NCBI RefSeq assembly: GCF_014205795.1 | Contig: NZ_JACHCN010000003.1 | Span: 11,198-35,197, forward strand | From: Rhodanobacter sp. MP7CTX1 | GTDB lineage: Bacteria; Pseudomonadota; Gammaproteobacteria; Xanthomonadales; Rhodanobacteraceae | Direction of reading: 5' to 3' | DNA length: 24,000 nucleotides | Shown: piece by piece, positions 9,475 through 17,230 of the stretch | Layout of the letters: every line of letters starts with the position of its first letter | Position numbering within the stretch: the first letter of the stretch is position 1 | Notes under the pieces: model-generated | Databases searched by the model: none | What the model was told of the DNA's origin: nothing | The model's input: the letters and a program-made list of their open reading frames with translations, nothing else | Position numbers and translations under genes: made by a program

Positions 9475-9725
9475 CGCAACGCTTCCTTGATGACCTCGTT
9501 CTCGAGCACGTGCTCGGCGAGCAACTTCTTCAGCCGCGCGTTCTCCGTCTCCAGCTCCTTCAGGCGCTTGGCATCGGGCACGCTCATCCCGCCAAACTTG
9601 CTGCGCCACAGGTAGTACGAGGCCTCGCTGAAGCCGTGCCGGCGGCACAGCTCCTTCACCGGCATGCCGGCTTCCGCTTCGCGCAGGAAGCCGATGATCT
9701 GTTCTTCGGTAAACCGCTTCTTCAC
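9462..9725 (-). CDS. IS3-family transposase OrfA (HTH)
   Basis: (M)[45 protein letters not shown]... with a leucine-zipper-like tail. GTG start at 9725 is preceded by AAGGAG at 7 nt. The track start (TTG 9731) is 2 codons longer. Confidence 0.88.
   Translation of the reverse strand: MKKRFTEEQIIGFLREAEAGMPVKELCRRHGFSEASYYLWRSKFGGMSVPDAKRLKELETENARLKKLLAEHVLENEVIKEALRKKW
9468..9474 (-). promoter_or_regulatory. programmed -1 ribosomal frameshift heptamer A AAA AAG
   Basis: The minus strand reads CGA AAA AAG TGG TGA in the orfA frame. This X XXY YYZ motif sits 2 codons before the orfA stop, the classic IS3-family arrangement. Confidence 0.8.
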
Positions 9726-9751
9726 GTCCAATCTCCTTGGGTTGAGGGATT

Positions 9752-9793
9752 GGACTCCAAATCGCTGTGCTACTCAAAACCGGGGGGACGTCG
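9752..9793. repeat. IS terminal inverted repeat (orfA-proximal end)
   Basis: The reverse complement reads CGACGTCCCCCCGGTTTTGAGTAGCACAGCGATTTGGAGTCC. Confidence 0.72.
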
Positions 9794-9797
9794 ACAC
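9794..9797. repeat. target-site duplication ACAC (right copy)
   Basis: Matches 8601-8604. A 4-bp duplication fits the IS407 subgroup. Confidence 0.75.
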
Positions 9798-10150
9798 AAG
9801 TGCTTTAAACGTGTCGTTTACTGTTTGAACGGCGATTTCGGGAATTATTCCTGCTAGACGGTGTGCGCTTTGAAAGTTGTAGGGGTCAATCGCCTCATCG
9901 ACCCAAAATCCTTCAGATGTATAGAAGCCAACAAACGTTTCCATTTGCTTTAGCTGGGCATCCATTCGCTCTTTGGTCATACTGCCGAGCCCGTTCATGT
10001 CCATTCGGTTTTGATCCGCATGTGTGTTCATTTTCTGGGCGTGTGCCAGGCGACGTCCGTCTGGAATTGAGTAGCACGAAGCATTAGAGGTCCTACCTCA
10101 CACTTGAGGAGATCGGACGTGAAGAAGTATTTTTCGGAAGGACGTAGCAT

Positions 10151-10780
10151 CTAGAACGGAAGCTTTTCGATTCGCGCATACCTCGCAAATTTGATCGCGC
10201 CGTGTGCCCAAGGGTCTCTGCGGGTCATGGCTCGCTGCAACGCTTCTTTTCCGCTGAAAATCCAAGTCGGTAGCGTCGGGCGTATTCCCTGTTCCCACCG
10301 GCTATTGCACTCCTTAAGAAATGCTTGCATGCGGCCAGTGATGGTGTCGTTCGACGCTAGTTGTACGTCGGGCTCATAGCGAAATTTCGGTCGATATCGG
10401 AGGAATAGTGGGCACTGAGCAAGTGGCAGCGCTATCGCTGGTATGGTCGCAGCGGGAAAGCTGGATTTACGAGGCAAATAGTGGGGGCCTAGGTCGAGGA
10501 GTCGCCCCGAGGACTCGACCCAGAAATGCGACGGCAGCGCTAAATCGCTTCCTTGCCCGAAGCCCTGAAAATTTGCTTGCCGGCCGTCCTTCGAGACGAC
10601 GAATGCAAGAAAATCACCTCCAACAATACGGGCGTCGAGGCCCAATTGTCTGAGTAGTGAGGAAAGACCGAAGGCGGCGTACACGCATCGTGCATCGTAG
10701 TCATCTGGGAACAGCTCACGCAGCATGCTATCAATGAGACCCATGCAACTCGCTATCTCGTTCGAAGCTTCCTGGCTCAT
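10151..10780 (-). CDS. hypothetical protein with Cys32/His85/Asp96 pattern, divergent paralog-like of 5263-5859
   Basis: 209 aa from the ATG at 10780, with AAGGA 9 nt upstream. ARCVYAAFGLSSLLRQLG...PSHFWVESSGRLLDLG. The 98-codon N-terminal extension in the track ORF looks non-coding. Confidence 0.55.
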   Translation of the reverse strand: MSQEASNEIASCMGLIDSMLRELFPDDYDARCVYAAFGLSSLLRQLGLDARIVGGDFLAFVVSKDGRQANFQGFGQGSDLALPSHFWVESSGRLLDLGPHYLPRKSSFPAATIPAIALPLAQCPLFLRYRPKFRYEPDVQLASNDTITGRMQAFLKECNSRWEQGIRPTLPTWIFSGKEALQRAMTRRDPWAHGAIKFARYARIEKLPF

Positions 10781-11423
10781 CGTTTCAATTCCTTTAGCGT
10801 GCTGGTGGGGCAAACATGGCGGTTTCGCTTGTGCCACGGCCATACCCCGACGCTGTGGCGAGTTCGGTGCGGCTTGTAATCTTAGGCGAAAACTAGTCGG
10901 GCAAGAGTGGCTTCCCCCCCACGAGTCCCTGTGCTGGCATTGATGCGCGAAGAGTTGAAGTTTCGATTCAACGTCAGTGCATACGAGGCCGCGCAGAAAA
11001 AGACGGCCGACCACGCCAAAAACCAGGTTGGCCCGACGCTCGACGCAATGCGTAAAGGCGCGTCCTCCCAGCAAGGCTGAGCCTTGCTCAAGGCCTCGGA
11101 CGACACAGAAGTTCCCCGTGTGCAGTAGCAGCCGGCTCTAACAATCCTGTTTCGGAAAAATGCCTGGGCATTTGGGCCTCATAGTCGGCGTTCGTGGCTG
11201 ACGGCTTTGCCGGCGCGTAACACTACCGCTGGGCTTGGGCAGCACAAGTAACTAAACTCGTACCTGTCGAAACGCGGAAATTGCGTCTCTCAGAGGTGGC
11301 CTCCTGAGACTGATGATGGCGGGCTGTACACATGCGGTTTTTGGCCCCACGGGTTTCCTGCTGGGGTTTGGGGTTACCGAAGTGATCGCTCTTCTATCTG
11401 AAATCACAAAGGAGGATATGCGC

Positions 11424-11549
11424 ATGGTCCAAAAGGCAGCGGTATCGAGTGGGAGGCGGCTGTGGTCATACGTCAAAAGTTCTACCAGGCGCTTCATCGC
11501 GTTTTGGGAGGCTCACCTTCCTTACAGGCAACACAGACAAACCTGCTGA
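11424..11549 (+). CDS. possible small basic protein (41 aa)
   Basis: A strong AAAGGAGG at 11408-11415 lies 8 nt before ATG 11424. Sequence: MVQKAAVSSGRRLWSYVKSSTRRFIAFWEAHLPYRQHRQTC. It ends ~100 bp upstream of the AbiU2-like gene. Confidence 0.3.
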   Translation: MVQKAAVSSGRRLWSYVKSSTRRFIAFWEAHLPYRQHRQTC

Positions 11550-11652
11550 TGAGCTTGTGCAATTCAAGCGAAAAGGGCCTGAGAGCGGTGCCTAACAATT
11601 CTAGGCGAACGGTCGCGTCGCCGCTCAGTTCCACCACTATGTCCCGCAACCG

Positions 11653-12216
11653 ATGACCGTCGCGTTCAAAATTCTTGGCCACCTTATCGACGAAGCAAAT
11701 GCCGCTCGCGCGCATTTTCAAGTGTGGTGGGCGTTGCGCAACCTGGCGTTGCCAGAGTTTTACGACACAATGAATGATTCCAAGTATGTCCAGTTCTTCC
11801 ATGCTTCGAATTCTGGCCATTACAAGCTGGTGTTCGTTGCTCTAGGTAAGATTTACGACAGTGACACCCGCGCCGCTGGCATAGCTGAGTTGAAGAGCGC
11901 CTTACGAGCCGAGGGGCGAGCTGACGTGGCGGATAAGGTCCAGCGGGACTTGGCCTCAATGAACGCGCATGTGCAACGCATCCTCGGGATTCGCAACCGC
12001 ACCGTGCTGCACAACGAACATGCTCTAGAGCGGGCTATTGTCTATGAGATGCATGGCATTCAGCCAGACGAAATATGGGAGTTGATTGACGCGACGTCAG
12101 AAGCCTTTAACGTAGCAGCTGAGGCTCTTGGGCACTCGTTCCGCGTCTCTGCAAGCAAATCTTACGAGGCGGCTACACTCGCTATGCTCGAACAATTGCA
12201 ACGTGGCGGCGCCTAA
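11653..12216 (+). CDS. HEPN-domain protein, AbiU2-like
   Basis: 187 aa. ILGIRNRTVLHNEH carries an RN...H motif (R114...H120, nt 11992-12012). The size and the helical N-terminal part (HFQVWWALRN, LVFVALGKIYD) resemble abortive-infection AbiU2-type HEPN proteins from memory. Confidence 0.6.
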   Translation: MTVAFKILGHLIDEANAARAHFQVWWALRNLALPEFYDTMNDSKYVQFFHASNSGHYKLVFVALGKIYDSDTRAAGIAELKSALRAEGRADVADKVQRDLASMNAHVQRILGIRNRTVLHNEHALERAIVYEMHGIQPDEIWELIDATSEAFNVAAEALGHSFRVSASKSYEAATLAMLEQLQRGGA

Positions 12217-12423
12217 CTGTGCGCTCAGGACAGGAAACGCCGCTTGGTTAGCGCCCGGAGCGGACATAACGAGAAGCTTTTCGAATCACCATACTCTGGC
12301 TATTGAAATAGAAATTGAAGGGCTCTTTGGCATTGTCGAAAAGCCCCTTGGAGCTCAAGCCAACGGCAAGTTTGCGATTCCTGGAGTGAGCTATCCCGCC
12401 TGACGCTTCTGCGGGCAGCTAGC

Positions 12424-13941
12424 TCAGCGTTGAGGGATTGGTGGCTGCCATCCAGTCACTGGTCCGACGTGAACGCTGATGCCGTATGCAAATTGATGCT
12501 GATGATATGGAGATCCGCGGTAGAGAATTGCGTCGACCTCTTGGGCGAGCTCTCGATAAAGCTCGTTGTCCGTCGCGCAGGAATACAAAAGCGCAATGCG
12601 CAGTTTTTGAGGCCCGCTTGAGGCGGCGACCTTGACATATAGCGAACGATCGTCTGGCTCACCAATCTCGACGCTCCAGCCTGCGTTTCTTAAAGGTCGC
12701 ACCAGATCGTCAATGCATTCCTGCTGAAGCACGGCTTTTCGTAGCAAGACGCCGTCGTCGGTAGGCATTGCAGGTACCAGCCTGCCATGCTGGCGATAAT
12801 TTTGTTGTTCGATTTGCTTTACTGCCATTTGGGCCTGCGCTTGCAACATCGCCTGCTGCCATAGAAGCCTGCCGTCCTCATCCATGCCAGGGAATATAAG
12901 CGGCACCTGATTGGACTCATCGTGCCATGACTCGATCACCCCAAGTGTTGCAATAGCCACCACAAGACGCGAAAAATTTGACGGCTTCTGCCAGTCCATT
13001 GATGCGCCGTGTGCGAACAGGTGTCGGTTTAACCAAGTGAGGCCGTCATACTCGCCGGTACGGCGAAAGAATGAATTCTCGAGCCACCGCCGGAAGGTTT
13101 GAAATACAAAGACTCGTTCGTCCTGCACGTAAAGGTAATCTTTTTCGCGGTACTCGGATGGAACCCACATGTCACCGAAGTGCGATCTGGCTGCCAACAT
13201 GCATGCCCGATCAATAATTTTGTCGACCTGCTCGAGAACAGGTTGCCCTGCGGCTTCGCTCGATATGCGACTGACCGCGCCTTCCATCACCGGAATCAGC
13301 GCCGCAATGCTGGAGGCCCTGTGCCCTGAATAGAACGCGAGATAGGCTTCCCGTGCGATCGGGGCAAATACCGAAAGCGATCGAGACTGAGGCAAGAATT
13401 GCGCGATGCACACTGCCTGAAACGGTAACGTGTAGATCGTTGATGTGTGATATTCAAACAATCGCAGCGCGTCCTCTTTGGAACGGTGCTCAATCGCCTG
13501 AAGTAGCTCATTGACCTTCCCCTGGGGAACCCAGAGAGGTGCAAACCACTCGACTTTTTCCCACAGGCTTGCGATCCGGTCCAAATGGACTTTGTGGGCG
13601 ACCCATTGCGGGTCACCAGTTGCCGCAACTTTCGGAAAGCAGGCTATTCCCTCGTCCGACTGCAGAACAACTGCGGGAGTGGGCCGGAAGATGCCAACAC
13701 TACGCTCCGAAACATCGAGCACTTTGATTTCCATCTGGTGGGCCCAGCCAGAGACCAGGTCCGCCTGAAGATCATTCAAGCTCGGCAGCGCCATAGCACG
13801 CCGCCAGAGTCCGGGAAATTTCGATCGACTCTCTTCGCCAGTCATTTCCGTCCAAATGCCGAGTTCGTCTTTCATGATCATTTGGACAGATTTGTCACTA
13901 TCAGCCCACCGTTCGCAGTGATCGACCAACCGGCCGCTCAC
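12424..13941 (-). CDS. large hypothetical protein with central HEPN-like region (Rx4H)
   Basis: 505 aa, 60 bp downstream of the KAP NTPase on the same strand. FAPIAREAYLAFYSGHRASSIAALIPVMEGAVSRI ... TWLNRHLFAHGAS (R306...H311, nt 13009-13026) ... NFSRLVVAIATLG. The GTG start at 13941 is uncertain. Confidence 0.7.
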   Translation of the reverse strand: MSGRLVDHCERWADSDKSVQMIMKDELGIWTEMTGEESRSKFPGLWRRAMALPSLNDLQADLVSGWAHQMEIKVLDVSERSVGIFRPTPAVVLQSDEGIACFPKVAATGDPQWVAHKVHLDRIASLWEKVEWFAPLWVPQGKVNELLQAIEHRSKEDALRLFEYHTSTIYTLPFQAVCIAQFLPQSRSLSVFAPIAREAYLAFYSGHRASSIAALIPVMEGAVSRISSEAAGQPVLEQVDKIIDRACMLAARSHFGDMWVPSEYREKDYLYVQDERVFVFQTFRRWLENSFFRRTGEYDGLTWLNRHLFAHGASMDWQKPSNFSRLVVAIATLGVIESWHDESNQVPLIFPGMDEDGRLLWQQAMLQAQAQMAVKQIEQQNYRQHGRLVPAMPTDDGVLLRKAVLQQECIDDLVRPLRNAGWSVEIGEPDDRSLYVKVAASSGPQKLRIALLYSCATDNELYRELAQEVDAILYRGSPYHQHQFAYGISVHVGPVTGWQPPIPQR

Positions 13942-14000
13942 TGACCAGCCGATCGCGTCCTGAAGCGAATTTTACATACCGTTAGCATGGACTCTATCGG

Positions 14001-16136
14001 TCAAAATCTCTCCGACCCCTTTCTCGCCCACGCCTCCAGGAATACCCGCACGGCCTCGAGGTCTTCTGCGGGCCGCCGCTGCTCGCGAGCGATACGCTCC
14101 AGTGCAGTTCGAAACTGGTCTGGATCAAACAAGTCAAAGTCGCTGCGAATATCGACACGCATCTCTCGGCGTGACACGCGATCACCGAGGCTGCCAAACC
14201 CACCCAGCCCTGTCGTCCTTGACTCACTAGTCAACGCGCGCGCCAGCCGCACCAGGACATCGTCGCGGCGCATTCTGTCGGTGAGCCAAGCCTTCATTTC
14301 GGCACCGTCGTCGCCGGCAAACTCCCTCCAGCGGTACAGGCAATACATGATGTCTCGCTGGAGTAGCAGCGAATCATCCTGGGCTGCCTGGCGTAGCGCG
14401 TTTAACGCGCGCTCTATCAGGGCGGGCAAAGCTTCCTTCGTCGTTAGTGCCGTCGCTAAATCTAACTCTCGTCCCTGCCGGGGATAGTGATCAGCGTAGG
14501 CCGAAGAAACAAAATCAACCAGCCAGCCCAATGTGGCGCGCTCGGTAGCGGCCAAGTAGAGCGCGGACTTTTCCTCGAGCGTGAAGCGATCTTCTGTCAC
14601 GCGGCGAATGAGCCAATGTATACGCAGCGACGTCGTAGCCATCGCGAAACCACGCTCTCCGTCTTGCTCGCGATCAATCGCGTCGGCGATCTCGAAGATG
14701 GCCGAGAAGAACGCGGGCACCTTGTCTTTGGCGATTTGTCGCCCATGACTGGTCAGCTCGTCCAGCACCACCGGGACCATCGATTTAGCTTTGCTCCGAA
14801 GCTGTGTCGCTGCACGCAACAACCTCTCTTGAATGAACTCTTTGTCACCCGATCGATCCAGAAGCTCCCGGATCTCCTTACTGGGCAATGTGTCGTCGCT
14901 CAAGGACATCTTGAAATAGGTATCGAAATGCTTGGCCACGCACACGCGGCGTTCCAATTCCCAGCTTTCGCGAAACCCCGAGTATGTGACTTCCTCGAAC
15001 GCCGGGAACAGACGCTGCAGAGCAATTTGCAGCCCTTCAAGGCGCTCTTTCGGCATGCCGGCCAAGAACGGATCGAAGCGCGCCTTGTCCCTCGACCCAC
15101 CCCGACTGGCGCTGGTCACAATATCCCGGTGCTGCCGGATCGACGTGTAGAGCGAGGGCTCGTACAGGCGCAAGGTTTCTAAGGCGAGGTAGTCGGCGTG
15201 GCTGACGTTGTTGGCCACTGGCGGCCAGGTAACAGTGATCGCGTTGATCAAGCGAGTAACGTGCCGCGGCGTGGTGAGGTAGGGAACCACCACGTCATAG
15301 AACAAATTCATGAAACGCACCTGATGCTCTTCCTTAGGCGTACCGCACCGTTCCTGGAAGGCCGTCAGTAGCGCGTTGTGCAAATCGCTGGGCGTTGGCG
15401 AAGGAAGTTCGAAGCTGGCTTGGATGATCTTCTCGAGAAAGTGAGGGCCTTCAGAAGGAAAGCGCTCCTTGACCGCAGCATCGGCCAGCGCACGATCGAA
15501 CACCATCAGATACATAACGTTGGGCAAGCGACCGATGGACTTGACCAGCCGAAACACCCCCAACGCCTCGTCCGGGGCCAACCGGTCGATGTCATCGATG
15601 ATGATTAACACACGCCGGTCCTGCGCCTCGAGCGTCTTGGAGAGCTTGCGAAAGGTCTTTTCCAACGAGGGTTTGTCGGGGAAAAAGCGCTTGGCGAAGG
15701 CTGCCGAGCCCGCGGCCAAGGCACCCCAACCGCTGGTCGTAGCCAAGGCGATCGCACTGCCGAGTACCGGCCCGGCTTGAAGCACGTGGCGACCCATTTC
15801 CGGCACTAGGTCTTTGACCTTGTCACCCAAGGAGCTCTTCAGTGCGGAGTTCAGTTCTTGCAAAAACGCCAGGGCGATTGCTTCCTCGCCTCGGTACCAC
15901 CAACACTTAAAATCAAAGACCGACAAGGTGTCGTCCTTTCGCTCGAGCAGTTCTGCCCGAATCAAGTTGACGGCACTGCTCTTGCCCGAGCCCCACGGGC
16001 CGGTCACCGCAATGGTGCTCCCGACAGGTTTGGCAATGCCAAGCAAACTCGTCGCCAGAGCCTCGGCAAAGGCGTGGACTCCATAACAATCGTCTTCCCG
16101 ACGTTCAATTGGACTGTCGTTAAAGTACTGGGACAT
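14001..16136 (-). CDS. KAP-family P-loop NTPase
   Basis: 711 aa. Walker A is GPWGSGKS (nt 15978-16001). A Gly/Ala-rich hydrophobic insert (AGPVLGSAIALATTSGWGALAAGSAAF) separates the Walker motifs. Walker B is RVLIIIDDIDRLAPDEAL, followed by LMVFDR. RBS GGAGAAAGGG precedes the ATG at 16136. Confidence 0.92.
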   Translation of the reverse strand: MSQYFNDSPIERREDDCYGVHAFAEALATSLLGIAKPVGSTIAVTGPWGSGKSSAVNLIRAELLERKDDTLSVFDFKCWWYRGEEAIALAFLQELNSALKSSLGDKVKDLVPEMGRHVLQAGPVLGSAIALATTSGWGALAAGSAAFAKRFFPDKPSLEKTFRKLSKTLEAQDRRVLIIIDDIDRLAPDEALGVFRLVKSIGRLPNVMYLMVFDRALADAAVKERFPSEGPHFLEKIIQASFELPSPTPSDLHNALLTAFQERCGTPKEEHQVRFMNLFYDVVVPYLTTPRHVTRLINAITVTWPPVANNVSHADYLALETLRLYEPSLYTSIRQHRDIVTSASRGGSRDKARFDPFLAGMPKERLEGLQIALQRLFPAFEEVTYSGFRESWELERRVCVAKHFDTYFKMSLSDDTLPSKEIRELLDRSGDKEFIQERLLRAATQLRSKAKSMVPVVLDELTSHGRQIAKDKVPAFFSAIFEIADAIDREQDGERGFAMATTSLRIHWLIRRVTEDRFTLEEKSALYLAATERATLGWLVDFVSSAYADHYPRQGRELDLATALTTKEALPALIERALNALRQAAQDDSLLLQRDIMYCLYRWREFAGDDGAEMKAWLTDRMRRDDVLVRLARALTSESRTTGLGGFGSLGDRVSRREMRVDIRSDFDLFDPDQFRTALERIAREQRRPAEDLEAVRVFLEAWARKGSERF

Positions 16137-16149
16137 CCCTTTCTCCGTA

Positions 16150-16190
16150 GGCTTTGTAACCTACTATATATATTGCACTGGGCGTTTCTT
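16150..16190 (-). promoter_or_regulatory. possible promoter of the KAP operon (AT-rich TATATATA/TATAGT tract)
   Basis: The only strongly AT-rich stretch in the 280-bp gap upstream of the KAP start. A minus-strand TATAGT-like -10 is present, but no convincing -35. Confidence 0.25.
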
Positions 16191-16416
16191 GGCGTGAGAA
16201 TCGGCCTGGCCGTTCTCTCTTCGCCGACGCCGATCCTGCCGCTTCGAAGAATAGCCGATGCTTTTCTCCGCGGCGGTCCTAGTCTGCGACCGCGAAATCG
16301 GCTCTCCAGTCACCAGTCCCTTGTAGATATGCCGAGGAGATCGGTAACCGACATGCCGGAAGGGAAGTGATGCTTAAACTGTCGATGGTCGGGTCTATTC
16401 ACCTTCTATCAGAGCA

Positions 16417-17181
16417 TCATCGAGATGAGTTCGTCGGGGTTGAGGTGGCTCCATCACTGTGCTGCACTCTGGACGTTGCCCACACTACCGATCCTATCGG
16501 TACGGTTACTACTTCCTCATGGGAGAAAAGGGCACAGAAGCGATCGGAGCATTGCATGATCCGATATGAGTGAAGCACTCCGTCAGGAGACGTGACCACG
16601 ATCGCCGGCGCATTGGGAAACCCTCGCGCGAAGTCTTCCGCAGCCGTTGCAGCTCCTACGTGCAGGAAAGGTGCCACAAGGAGTAGGAGCGTGGCGCCAA
16701 TTACAAGGCACAGGGTGTAGAGCATATAGGCGCCGAAGAAGGCGCTGAAGACCCAAAGGGCTGCCAGCTTTACCGCAGGGTGCAGCGAAAGCGACCGAGT
16801 ACCTTGATGCGATCGTGAGCTACGCCAGCGCTCGGCAAGCTGGCGAAGGTAATAAGCGCCGACAGCCAATACCACGATTGAAATAGCGGGCACCAGAGTG
16901 GTGGCCGCCCAGTGCATTTTGAAGGTGTCACTGATGGCCGTAAAGACCCTGGTTGCCCCTCCCATCCAGGCGAGCGCTGCAAAGGTCAATGTATCGGGGA
17001 CATCGGATGGGAACATGGAAGAGGATAGGTGAAAGTAGCCAAGATAGCCTTCGTGAAAGGCTACCCCGTTCAAATAGAACACGGGTGTAAGGATTGCGAT
17101 TGCGGTAACTAGCCATTTGGCGATGGCATACCAAGCCATCTTTTCTTTCCCACCATCCGTGGCTGCAGATTCAGCGTCCAT
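16417..17181 (-). CDS. multi-pass membrane protein (4-5 TM) with a ~70-aa soluble C-terminal domain
   Basis: 254 aa. Hydrophobic segments: WLVTAIAILTPVFYL, LTFAALAWMGGA, LVPAISIVVLAVGAYYL, LAALWVFSAFFGAYMLYTLCLVIGATLLLLVAPFL. GAGGA RBS upstream of the ATG at 17181. Confidence 0.75.
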   Translation of the reverse strand: MDAESAATDGGKEKMAWYAIAKWLVTAIAILTPVFYLNGVAFHEGYLGYFHLSSSMFPSDVPDTLTFAALAWMGGATRVFTAISDTFKMHWAATTLVPAISIVVLAVGAYYLRQLAERWRSSRSHQGTRSLSLHPAVKLAALWVFSAFFGAYMLYTLCLVIGATLLLLVAPFLHVGAATAAEDFARGFPNAPAIVVTSPDGVLHSYRIMQCSDRFCALFSHEEVVTVPIGSVVWATSRVQHSDGATSTPTNSSR

Positions 17182-17230
17182 GTTGCATATCCTCTAAATT
17201 TTGACGAAGTTGCCATTAGGCTTTGGGTTG

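Larger units (their letters stand above)
8605..9793 (-). mobile_element. IS3-family insertion sequence, IS407-like group, apparently intact (1189 bp)
   Basis: orfA/orfB with an A6G frameshift site. DDE residues lie in [14 protein letters not shown] and [10 protein letters not shown]. Imperfect ~41-bp terminal inverted repeats start CGACGTCCCCCC. The element is flanked by the 4-bp direct repeat ACAC. Confidence 0.9.
7786..10031 (-). pseudogene. HEPN-domain protein gene (350 aa when reconstructed) interrupted by an IS insertion
   Basis: The N-terminal piece is 10031->9795 (79 codons, ...NDTFKALV). The C-terminal piece is 8601->7786 (CIDGLV...). Removing 8605-9793 plus one ACAC copy joins them in frame. 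The C-terminal HEPN motif is LRKLRNQLVHEPG (R226...H231, nt 7912-7929). Confidence 0.78.

Noticed and set aside
8650-9777. The 375-aa ORF read as one continuous transposase gene.
   Set aside because: Its first ~100 codons are an out-of-frame shadow of orfA. The A AAA AAG site at 9468-9474 shows the real product is an OrfAB -1 frameshift fusion.
10781-11074. The 98-codon N-terminal extension of ORF 10151-11074.
   Set aside because: The sequence is Arg/Cys/His-rich and non-protein-like. An internal ATG at 10780 has an AAGGA RBS and yields a protein matching the size of its paralog-like partner.
10882-11106. A 74-aa minus-strand ORF with one hydrophobic segment (PTWFLAWSAVFFCAASYAL).
   Set aside because: It has a GTG start without an RBS and overlaps the plus-strand 45-codon ORF and the hairpin. 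There is no supporting signal.
16190-16345. A minus-strand frame reading ...FRHVGYRSPRHIYKGLVTGEPISRS..., reminiscent of the C-terminal tail of a DDE transposase or integrase.
   Set aside because: It has no start codon and is short. The resemblance rests on a few residues only and cannot be supported without a database search.
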